A stretch of DNA of 63,384 bases, filler included, from Licmophora abbreviata (Eukaryota), in NCBI GenBank assembly GCA_900291995.1. It is 10 parts of 10 records of this genome, joined end to end, with 100 filler letters (N's around TTAATTAATTAA, not from the genome) between each part and the next. Parts side by side here need not be neighbours in the genome. Positions count along the whole stretch, not along the records: positions 44,968 to 47,029 come from OLMU01002667.1; positions 47,130 to 57,752 come from OLMU01002668.1; 8 more parts are not named here. One strand, written 5' to 3'. The notes below the pieces were generated by a model that was given only the letters and a program-made list of their open reading frames with translations, was not told the DNA's origin and made no database searches. Below, piece after piece: positions 45,226 to 56,200 of the stretch. Position numbers and translations under genes: made by a program. The stretch's first letter is position 1. Every line of letters begins with the position of its first letter.

Positions 45226-46844
45226 CTACCAATACGATGGATCCGCTCCGTTACTACCATCGAAATCATCTATCCGCCCTTGATCATGATGATGGTTATG
45301 CCCAAGCATCGGTGGTGGCTCGCAAATGAACGCATCTGCCACATCCATCATGGAGCTCTTTGACAGCTGATACAGTGGCATCAGTCGAAATGGCTGTTCC
45401 AAAATGATACTGACTTCATCAAGTCCCAATACGGCAAAGGAGATTGCCGCAGTGACGCCAGTTGTGATATACCCATCCAGCTGCATTCCCAACAGCGCAA
45501 TAGGTAGAAAGAACAAGTAAAATAGAGTCAGACGGCCACTATGACTTGAGTAAAATGGCGGGATCGGTGCACCGATTATCCCATCACCCGTCGTGACCAC
45601 TTCGTCGAGGCCTTTGAGGTTTTGCATGACGAGCATCTGTTCGCTTTGAGAAATGAGCTGTCGTTCCATCATGAGCGACGTGATTTGACGTAGTCTCGCC
45701 AACACGGCAGTGGGCTTCTTTCGTTGACGCAATATATACATTGCTTCAGCATCCCATGGAAGCATGGTGCGCACAACATCGTTCTCGTCCGATTCACGGA
45801 ACTGTGCTTTCAATAGCCACATGTAAAGCGAGAGGTGACGAGCTGTATGCGTTGTAAATGCCCGATGGAGAACGAGTTTTCGTTAGCAAATTTGTAACAT
45901 CAGAACCCCATTGGCGTGCAATGACATCCGAACGCACCTGCCAGTAGTCCCAGAATCTTGTCCTTGGGGTAGACAAAGGAGGCGAGCAGCTGCGCCGTGT
46001 CGCGCGCAAGAAACGTGGCCTTTCCAAAGGCCAATCGCCCTTCTCCCAATCGACTGAGGCCTTGGTTACTTCGCAAGGTTTCGAGTGCAGCCACAAAGGT
46101 AGAAAGTAGAGAGAGTGTCACGAGTGGAAGGTGAATCATATCAAAGACTTTGCAATGCGCCTGCACCAACGACGCAAGCAAGGCCCACAGGGTCAAGACT
46201 GACAATTGAGGAAAGATTCTCCTCAAGAGTCGACTGCTCACAAAGGTCCGAGTATATCGCATATACCGCCATCGACTCTGGTGTCGCTTCCAGTCTTCCA
46301 AATTCCAAATTTTGGTAAATGAGAGTCGAACGCTTCGCATCATAGCTATTGTATTGAATGAAGTAAAATAGTAGAATGATTTGTCAGCATAACGACGATG
46401 CGAGGAGAGAAAGCATCACGATCTCCTTCAAACAATTACAACATACGATCTCCTACCTGGGATTTCCATGTCCTGATCAAATGGGTGAATTTCGTTGAGT
46501 ACTTTGTTGACATCCTGCTCGAACTGTTTGGCCGAGTCAATGTAAGAGCTCCCTCTAGTACTAGAAGACGTGAAGGCGGATCGAGTTCGGATCGAGCTAC
46601 GCTCTCCTTGATGTTCGGACAAGAAGGAGGGAGACTTGACAAAGAGACTCGGCCTACTCCATGAAGATCTTTTGGAATCCGGATGGCATGTACTTCCGCT
46701 ACGTGTTGACAATGATGGATTCCGCCTGCTTATGCTTCGTATCGCCCGTTCCAAACGGAAGGCGTTGCTTTTTGGAAGACAAAAACTTCCACATGCAGCG
46801 ATCGTCCAGAGAGCCACCAAGAGAGACCAGTGGCATGTGAACAT
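45226..46844 (-). CDS. Bestrophin/UPF0187 (VCCN1/BST-like) anion channel, copy B, plastid-type presequence
   Basis: Exons 46844-46457, 46345-45938, 45842-45226. Motifs DWKRHQSRWRY, TLRSNQGLSRLGEGR, APIPPFYSSHSGR, LGLDEVSIILEQPFRLMPL; signal ends CGS-FCL. Confidence 0.87.
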
Positions 46845-47029
46845 GGTGAAAACCAAATATATGCAATGTGACAAGACGAGCCATAGAATGTAAGAATGCA
46901 GCTGCCGACTCGCGTCTCACCGCGTCATGGTCGGCAGAAACGAAAAAAAGGAAAAAAGACAGTTCTGATGATGTATGACCCGGAGTTTTCGTTATCAGAG
47001 CTCAGAGCTCGTCATGTTAGTCCTCGTAT

Positions 47030-47129
47030 NNNNNNNNNNNNNNNNNNNNNNNNNNNNNNNNNNNNNNNNNNNNTTAATTAATTAANNNNNNNNNNNNNNN
47101 NNNNNNNNNNNNNNNNNNNNNNNNNNNNN
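47030..47129. other. Artificial scaffold spacer
   Basis: N44-TTAATTAATTAA-N44. Confidence 0.98.
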
Positions 47130-47268
47130 CTGATGACCCCGCCGCTGTTGTGAACGCCGCCGCCCTCTGTCGTTCTAATTGCAGTCTACTGGACCATCGA
47201 AATCGTACAATCGTCCGCTTGCGAGACCGCTAGTGTATTGTCATTTCATGTAGAGATCGAAAGAAAGA

Positions 47269-48279
47269 ATGGACGAAGCAATGGAAATCCGAACTATTCA
47301 GCAACGACTCGTCTTGACACGCGACGTTCCCGAGGACATGCTGACCTGCGTTGCAGAGTTCCTCGATGCCCGTTCTCTTTTGCGCATGTCGTGTGTCAAT
47401 CGCTACCTTCGCCGACTCTGCCTACGAGACGAGGCTGGATGGGGCAATCTCTGTCAAATACTGTGGCGCGACAAGATACACGTGCGTCGCGAATCGCGGT
47501 GGATGATGCCCAGAATCCGTGCCTATCGCGCTACAGTGGAAGATGCTCGACTGCGTCAACACGTCATGTTATCTGAATTTTGCTTTGACCCGTCCACCAT
47601 GACGGGGACAATATGGTCCTTTCGATTCAAGCAGTCGGCGGGACCGGACTGGACGGCGGCGGACCCGTGGTGGAGGCTCGGGGAGGCGCGCCGCAATGTG
47701 TTTTTGCGAGATGGACAGGTCAAGAACTACGTCAGCAGCGTGGGGACCGAGGGTGATAATGAGGAGGATGATACAGTGGGGCGCTTGGTCGATCCGCAGA
47801 ACCACATGACATGGCGATTCCTGTCCAGACCCATGGATATGCCTCCGCGACAAGAGGGGGCTTACGTGAGATTCACCGTGGGAGGGAGGGATATACCGAC
47901 CTACGTTGTGCGTCGATCGCCAACGGGGAATTGGGGATTTGTCATGGAATCGTGTTGGGGCGTGTTTACGTCCTTTCCCATGCCACGACGACGACAACGA
48001 AGTGCACATCGTGTTGGAAGGCGATTGAGCAATGATACGGTCGTCATGGTGGATATCGACAATGACAGCGACGACGACGATGATAATGATGGAACTGAAA
48101 CCACTGAAAATGATCGAGACACGGATCGACTGTTGCGAAGCGACACGCACATGATCATCACCAATCAAGTGCAATGGAGAGAAGCACTCTTGTACAATTA
48201 TGGTGCTCGTGTCTTCCCCGAGGGTGAGGGATATGAGTATGAACAAACATTGAATCAAGCGTTGGAGTTGCACCGGTAG
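47269..48279 (+). CDS. F-box protein with uncharacterised Trp-rich C-terminal domain
   Basis: F-box-like 'VPEDMLTCVAEFLDARSLLRMSCVNRYLRRL...W..LC...W'; downstream WSFRFKQSAGPDW..DPWW and NWGFVMESCW. Confidence 0.78.
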   Translation: MDEAMEIRTIQQRLVLTRDVPEDMLTCVAEFLDARSLLRMSCVNRYLRRLCLRDEAGWGNLCQILWRDKIHVRRESRWMMPRIRAYRATVEDARLRQHVMLSEFCFDPSTMTGTIWSFRFKQSAGPDWTAADPWWRLGEARRNVFLRDGQVKNYVSSVGTEGDNEEDDTVGRLVDPQNHMTWRFLSRPMDMPPRQEGAYVRFTVGGRDIPTYVVRRSPTGNWGFVMESCWGVFTSFPMPRRRQRSAHRVGRRLSNDTVVMVDIDNDSDDDDDNDGTETTENDRDTDRLLRSDTHMIITNQVQWREALLYNYGARVFPEGEGYEYEQTLNQALELHR

Positions 48280-48397
48280 AATTTAGAGAAACTGTTGTCT
48301 GAAGTACGAGTTTAGTAGATATGTAAGAATCGCTATGGAAGTTGATGATGAAGCTCGTCGTTTGTTGTGTTTAATGCCGTGTAGTGTTGATTGAAGA

Positions 48398-49476
48398 CTA
48401 CAAGGCATCGATGATTTCCGTCCAGTGTTCCAGCGACGAATCAAGTGTCCCATCGCCTTCAAATCGTCTCCTAACAGTATGTCGAACATTCTCTGGGTAA
48501 AGTGAGTGCTGGACATCCAGAACCCAGTCGGAAGAAGAAGGCAATACACCGTACGCAACCGTAATATTTCCTGGAAGATGCAGGGTCGTCATGCCACTGT
48601 CATGTACGACTGATGCAGAAACCTTAATATCCGAAAACGGTTTCCGTCGCAGCTCCTCTCCAAGCAGTGTCGAGACAGTTCTCGCATCGAGTCCGCCACC
48701 ATCTGCAATCTTTCCCTGCGTACTCTGTTCGGACGTCCGTCGCTCCAAAATCAACACCAGTGGAGATTGAATTTGTATTTCCTTCGTAGTACATGCCAGG
48801 AGGACATCCACGTGCACGCGCATCCTCTGCTGCTGATTATGACCCATGGCAAACATGGTTTCCAAACGAGCGCGGTGAGAATCTTGGTCAGTAGGAGTTA
48901 CACAATAGTCCAACGCTGCCACTGTCTTGACCTCGAAAACCTGGAGACGAGCTTTTGACGAGTCTATTCGAGTCTCGGCCTTGAGGGTGTCTAGATTGTC
49001 GACTCCACACCCCACCTCGGGAACCACGGTGACGGTCCGACGAATCAAGGTTTCGTTCTGCTGGTCAACATTGACATCCTCCGAGACAATCACTTCCAAG
49101 CTAGATGGAACTTGTCCCATTCAATCATACTTTTGGGCACCAGATGCTCAGGTACCAGTATTACATTCCCTGTTGTCGGCAAAAACATCGCGGACAAGCC
49201 AGCGAAATCTCCTCCGTAGAATGCGTCCGAGAAGTCAGCACCGACGATGGGTTTGGAAATTCGTACTTGGGTCGGCGACTCGGCGGAGGTGCCACTACGT
49301 TGGATATCACTGGAAAAGAGCGCAGATGAACGTCTCTGAAAAGCAGGTTTACGTGGGGCGTATGCAGAGACACGTGGAATAGAAGTGAGGTGATAGACAA
49401 GGAATGCAGACAAGCTGCTCCTTTGGAGAAGTGCTGCTGTAGTGGGAAGCAACGCCATCATCATCATCATCATCAT
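48398..49476 (-). CDS. Plastid-targeted uncharacterised protein (about 360 aa); 1-nt frameshift near 49116-49118
   Basis: Signal ends VSA-YAP, followed by an Arg/Ser transit. Adding one G joins 'VPEHLVPKSMIEW' to 'GQVPSSLEV...VPEVGCGVDNL', reminiscent of an uncharacterised plant chloroplast protein family (from memory, unverified). Confidence 0.65.
49456..49476 (-). repeat. (ATG)7 microsatellite at the start codon
   Basis: catcatcatcatcatcatcat on the + strand. Confidence 0.9.
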
Positions 49477-49935
49477 GGTCGAGTGTGTTTTGTGTTGTGT
49501 TCTTTTGGTCACCTTCCAAAAGAATGGTCCGTCCTTCATCAGACCTGTCTGCTTGTGAGTCAGGCGTCCCGTTCTATTTGGTGTCCGTGAAATAGGGAAA
49601 GTCTCCGAAAGGCGTCTGTTTAAGGAACAGCGACGGAGCGGCGGCGCCGACCATGATGAGCGGCAGCGGCGACGACACTCCTCTTGCTTCATTCAGCCCC
49701 TTCTACTAGTCGTACCATGTCAAACCCTGTGACATCGTGGATTTTGAGCCAGATGGCCGATCCTCAAACCGCGGATGCCCAAATGGCCGACAGGATCGCT
49801 GAGTAAGTACAATAATATGGGGCGATACATAGTGCGCACGCAGACGATACGATGTTGGAATGTCCGACACTGACTCCTCGTTTTCGTGCTCTTTCTTTTT
49901 TTGCGCGCCACAGAGACTCCATCAATTCACAAAAG

Positions 49936-50160
49936 ATGTCGGACGAACGCAGTGGAAACAATCGTCCCTTTGAATTTTGGAAGCGAGAGCGTCGATCTCG
50001 CGACTTTGATCACTACTTTGTGGCCCACTCGACGCTCAAGGCAAGCGAGGGTGGATACCAGTCGTCTTCCAAAGCCATGAAGTACTACCAAGACAAGACT
50101 GCCAAGCGACGGGATGAACTGCTGGCCATGGTTGACGACGAAGCGAAAGAGAGTTCTTAA
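49936..50160 (+). CDS. Small hypothetical protein (74 aa)
   Basis: ATG in CACAAAAGATG context, protein-like composition, AT-richer 3' flank. No homology recognised. Confidence 0.45.
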   Translation: MSDERSGNNRPFEFWKRERRSRDFDHYFVAHSTLKASEGGYQSSSKAMKYYQDKTAKRRDELLAMVDDEAKESS

Positions 50161-50282
50161 CTAGCTAGAGAGTTGTTAGACTACAACCTATCATACTTCC
50201 TCGTATGTGGTTAGTAGTCGATCTAACATCAATGTAAGCGAGCTCTGTATTCTAAGTCTACACTCTAAATTGTATTATACAC

Positions 50283-53200
50283 CTAGCTATCGTCTGTCAC
50301 GTGCTCCAGCATTCGTTTTGCCGTAGCGTGATCTTTTACGACCGCTGCAATGGCTGGATCGTCGTCAGCGAATCCTGCTTCCTTGTAAAGTGCAACGGCT
50401 TCGTCCCACACTTGAAGTGCCGCTTTAAAATCCCCTCGATTGCCGAGCAGCATCCCCATGTGGGAGAGAGTCAGAGCAGCTTCGCACGGCTGCTGCGTCT
50501 CGATCGCCTTTTCGTAGCTGTTCATGGCGTCGTCGTAATTCTTGCGCCGATCCTGTAAGGCACCGATGAGAAAGTGCACGTGCCCGACTGACGGATCTCC
50601 TTTGCCAAAGCTCGCAATGCGTCGGCGCAACGCCTCCTTAAAAAGCGTCATGGCTTCCTTGTATCGATCTTGCCTATGAAAATAAATGTGGAGGACAATA
50701 AATTTGTTGGACTGAAAGGCACGAGGCACCTAGAAAGTGACAACGTTGCATGCGCGGGAAGCTTACCTTGCCAGTAGACTTGCCAGATTGCATAGGATCG
50801 TGGCGATTACATCGTGACTCTCACCAAGCAGTGTCTTGAATAGCTTGAGAGCCTATTGGAGGAGATAAATAGAAGAACGTAAGCGCGACAGGGTTACGGT
50901 TAGGTTCAATTGGCTGGTCTTCGTCACGTCCGTCGAGCCCAGAGTACATACCCTATGATAGTTCTTCAAAGCCTTAGAGTCCTTGCCCGAGCGATCGTAA
51001 TATGTCGCCAAGTCCAGCAATGACCCGGCAAATATTTCATAATCTTCTTCAAGAGCCAGATTCTTCACTTCCTCTAGGGTAACGTCGCCGTGGAGCTTAC
51101 TTTCGAAGATACGGACAGCACGCTCGTAACACCGACCCGCCTTTTCCAAGCTGCCTTTGTCTTCAAAGATGCCACCAAGATTGTCCAGACACTTCGCCAC
51201 TTCAACATGGCTTTCTCCTAATGTAAGCTTGTAAATTCGAATCGCGTCAATGTAATACTGCATGGGTTTGACCTTGCGAGATGACCGACGGCTGGCCAAC
51301 AATGCACCGGCAAGTTGGTATAGAGTATTGGCCACTTCCACGTGGTCGGGACCGTGCACCAAGAGTCGGATGCGTCGGCACTCGCGCAAGCAGTCGACAG
51401 CGAGCTCAAACTCAGAGCGCGTGTTGTGCAACAGGCCTAGTCGAAAGAGTACTTCTGAGACAGCGATATGGTCGCGTCCCAGGTGCTGCTGCCGTCCCGA
51501 AAGTGCACCTTGGAAGCAAGACAGTGACTCGTCCAGATTCTTGTTCGCTTCTGAGGAAGGAGCATGGAGAAAGATCTGATTAGTCTACGAAAAACGCACA
51601 TGACGAGGTATACTTCTGTTCCCCGCAGCGAGCGTACCGTGAATGCAGCCAAGAAAGAATAGAGAGTCTGCAATTATAGTCAGGTTTCGTCCACCCCTCG
51701 CCTCACGATGGGCGGACAATGCTGCTTCCAAGTGAGGCTTGGCTTTCTCGTATTCATTCCAGAAGAAATAAACTTTTCCGACAATGTATGAAGAGTCACC
51801 AGTCCGCTCATCAACGTCTCCGAAGTGAGTCCTTCGTATCACCAGCGCCCGGGACGAGCAAGAGAGCGCTTTTTCCTTTTCGTCGGTCATAAAATGTATC
51901 TCTGCCATAGAATGGTTCACTTCTGCGACCTTCCAGTGGTCTTTTCCAAGCGACTCTTCGTACATGTCCATCGCTGATAATAGGTCGAAGACTGCCTCGT
52001 ATGAGCGGCCAACTCTTTCGTAGGCAGCTGAGCGCAACCGAAGAACATCCCCGATCTTTTCGTCCTGCTCATCACCTGACACTCCATTGATAATCTGGCG
52101 TAGGCCGTGTGCCCGGATGAATTGGATAAGTGCATCCTCATTTCTTCCCTCGGAGAAAAATAGCATGCCCTTCGAAGTGCGAGCCTCTGCGATTATTTCA
52201 TTCTCAGGGTCGCCTGCATCGATGCACAACTCAATTGCTCGGTCGAGACAGAAATGCGATTTCCTTGTCGAGAGAAGTGCTCCATGGATGCGTCCAAGAC
52301 ACAAGTACGATCGCGCCACATCAGAGTAACCGACGTCTCCCAATAGCGGCTTGCGAATACGTAGACACTCTTCATAACACCGTAAAGCTTTCCTACGATC
52401 GGTCAGGTGGAACTCATAGAGCTCACCCAAATTAATCATAGCCATCGCAACGTAAATATTGTCGTCTCCGTGAAGAGAGCGGCGTAGACGGACACATTCC
52501 CTCAGGGACCGTTCCGCTTCACTGAAATCGTTGCATTTGAGGTACTGGAAGAATAAATAAAGTGTTAGAAACAATTGAAGCAATGACGTTCGTGCATTAC
52601 GGTCCAAGCGACTCACCAGTTCACCTGCAAGCCCAAGCAGGACAGCAAGCTCAATATCATCCGACCTTCTTCGAATGACTAGCGCCTCTTCACACCATTT
52701 TCTAGCTCTCCTGAAATCTGACATGCGGCAATATGACTCCGAGAGCTGAATCATAACGTCAGCAGCTTGAACGTGGTCTTCTCCAAGCTCAGTTTTTACA
52801 ATAGCTAGAGACCGCCGCAAGTACTCGATGGCACTTTCAGGGTCACCAGTCTCGACTAAGCAGATCCCACAATTTAGCAGAGAATTTCCAACGGACAGAT
52901 GTGTCTCCCCGTAACACTTCTTATAGAACCCAACGGCCTCTTGATAAGATTTGAGCGCATCGCGGTATCGCTCTGTAAGACTCTGTAGAGTTCCTTTCTC
53001 ATGAAAGAGATATCCCATCATTTTTGAGTCACCGTATGTTCTTGCAAGCGAAAGTGCCGCATCAAAACATGCCATGAGCTCTCGGTCTTCCCGGCCCTCC
53101 ACTTTCCCTCTTCCTTTCAGAGAAAGCATACCAATACGAATGGCTTCTGAGTAGTGCGCGAGACTCGATTCATGCTTTCCGAGATGGTACTCTACCTGGG

Positions 53201-56200
53201 CTAGGCACCAGGTACTTTCGCAAACATTCCAATCATTTGGTCCGAAGTGTACTTGGCGGATACGCAGCGCTTCGATAATGTTGAGATGGGCGTCCTCGTA
53301 TTGCTTTGAATTGCAATGACAAAAACATTGATAGTGAAGTGCATCGCCAAGAATAGGGCTATCAGGGATGAAGCTTTTACGTCGTAGAGCCTTTAGAGCA
53401 GACTCAAACAAAGTCTGCGCCCCCGAGAAGTCAAGGGTTGCAATATGCACTCGACCCAGCGCTACGGTGCACTCGGACACATCTGGATGGTCAGCACCCA
53501 AAGCTTTGCTAAGCCTATCGCGAGCTGACTCAAGATATTTTCGCGCATCATCAAAATTGCCAAGTCCGTTGAGGGAGACCATCCCCATATGCAAACGAAC
53601 CCTCGGGAGCATCTCACTTCCGTCATTCCCAGAAGCACTGACCAGAAGGTCCTGGCACTCTCCAAAAAACCCCATTGAATCACCGTAATTACGTCGCTTG
53701 GCTGCCACTTGACCCTTTGCACACAGTTCACGAGCCGACTGTGAGTATACGGCAACTGATGAATAGCACAGGATGAATCCTGGAACTTACCAGTAGGAAC
53801 AAAGCGCTGGCCCTATCTACCCCGCCGTCGCCACAGTCTGCGTGGATTTTGAGTGCTGCTTGAAGATTGCGCTGTGCATCACAGTAGTTGCTCATCTTGA
53901 AGTGAACCAGACCAAGATTATAGAGCGTTTTCGATAGCAGGTGATGCTCGTTTTTCTCGAATACACTTTCTTGTAGCTTCAGGCAGTCTTTGAAGCATCT
54001 TGTTGCATCGATATACTCTTGCTCCTGGAGATGAAGCTCCCCCATCTGCAAAAGTATGTCAACTTCTTCAAGAGTCCCAAGCATTCTAGCACCGCCCAAT
54101 TTTGCCGTCATTATTTCTTTATGACAAAGAAGGGCATTCTTCGAGTCGCCAGATGCAGCGAAAGCTCGCCCCAGATACCGCCGCGCTTCCATTACAGCAG
54201 GATGATAGTCACCCAACTTGTTCAAGCGAAGATAGAAAGCCTCATTGAGATGCGAAATCGATCCCTCTGGATCGCCTCTCTCATATCGAGCAGCCCCCAT
54301 CGTGAAATTCAGATCAGCGATCTTCAAGTGATCAGGGCGTAACACCTCACGGTACACCGTGAGGGCAAGCTCACTACAAATTAGCGCTTCGTCAAAGCGT
54401 CTATTCTGAAACATTATAGCTCCGAATGAGGCGATTGTCGTCGTAGTATCACCCTCGCTACATTCGAGAAATGAATTCAGATCGTTCGTGAACTTCATCA
54501 TTCCTGTGATTGACAGGCGTCCGTTTGAGCTCATTTCATTCTTCGCAATATGGCACCCAATATGTGATTCGAAAATCCGCACAGCGGCAGCAAAACATTC
54601 TAGCGATTTTGCCCCGTCGCCTTGAAGGCTCAGTGTATCGCCCAATAGAGAAAGGGCTTCCCCAACTGCTAGATTGTCATACCCCAGCTTTTTCCGGCGT
54701 CGTTCGAGGATATCGCGATAACATCGTGCAGCCTTCTGGTAATCACCCCGTGCTTTGTGATTCGATCCGATGCACTCCACAGCATCTTCTAGTAAGGGAC
54801 CCCACTCAGGCAGTGAGTCATTGATGAGCCTCAGGACGTCATTGCAGTGTTTCATCGAGGCATCAAACATCCCGAGATTTTTCAAGACGACCCCTAGACT
54901 GAGTTGGGCGGCAGCCCGTCCCGTAACAGGCCCCTCCCTTCTAAGAAGTAGAACCTCTTCAAAGCAGACCAACGCAAGCCGTAAGTCAGATCGAGCCTGG
55001 TGAACAAGTCCTAGGCAGTAAATCGTGTCCGCAATGACGAGGGGGTGCACGTCTTGAAGTTCTCTCAGTATAGAAAGCGCTTCATTGAGGACCGAGAACG
55101 CATCGTTGTAGTCATCCAAGCTCATGAGACAGCTGCCAAGATTCTGAAGTGTGGATGCGATCTCGAAGCCGTGCGTACCATCCTTTCCACGTTGACGCAC
55201 GAGAACATCTCTGTAAATCAAGGAAGCTTTCTTGTAGTCTTTCAGTCGCACAAAAGTGCTAGCAAGTTTTTGTAACAAATCAACCATTTCAATCGAGAAA
55301 ACGAGTGGAGAGTCTCGGACCAGACGTAGCAAGCTTTCGTAGCACACAACAAGGTGGTTGTCTCTCTCTTCCTGTTCTTCGACACCGAGACAGATCTCAC
55401 CGTTGCGATCCTCCAATATCTGGGTGGCCTGCTGAAACAAATCCCAACAGCTGCTGTACTTTCCCATCTGGTAGCTCAGACCACCAATCCGAGTGAGGAG
55501 CTGGCAATACTCCATTGATGATTTGGCCAAAGAATGACCAAAAATTATTTGCGCTTCTTCATAACAACGAAATGCCTCAGCAGGGTCCCCCATACTCTCA
55601 AGTGCGCTTCCCTCTCCAATCAAGGCTCGCGCCACCGCCTGATGATGCAGCCCATGAACGGCTTTCATCCTCAGAGCACATTCCTGAAAGATACTTCTGG
55701 CTTCTTCAAAACTTTTCAGTTCAGCGTGCGATATCGCCATGGAATGTAGAATGATGGCGATTTCTTCTCCATACTCTCCGACATCTGCTCGCTTAATTAT
55801 CAGTGCCTGTTCAAAAAACTTCAAGGCCCGACGGTGGTTCCCGAGCTTCTGTTCAACGATTGCAACATTTTCAAGCGTAGTGCCGACGTCTGTATGACTG
55901 CTACCCAGGCGTTCGACTCTTGCGTTAAGAGCGTGCTGAAATGAAGCCAATGCCTCTCGAAAGTACCCCGACTCGCACTGAACAAGGCCTAGACTGAAAG
56001 AGACTCCGGCTGCATTGAGGCTATCCATTCCTGTGGTTGAATCTATAGCCGCAAATGCCCGTTGAAGGGCGAGAATCGAGTCCTTCAGTGAACCCAGTTC
56101 TCGTAGCGTTGTCCCCAGGAGCGATTGAGTCTCGACAAAGAGTTGGCCTTTACAAACATTGTTGTATGCCTGGATTCGACCACATTCATTGAGCAGAGGT

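Noticed and set aside
49650..49805. Box C/D snoRNA-like words (ATGATGA ... CTGA) in an intergenic region
   Set aside because: No terminal stem or rRNA-complementary guide could be identified by eye; such short motifs occur by chance.
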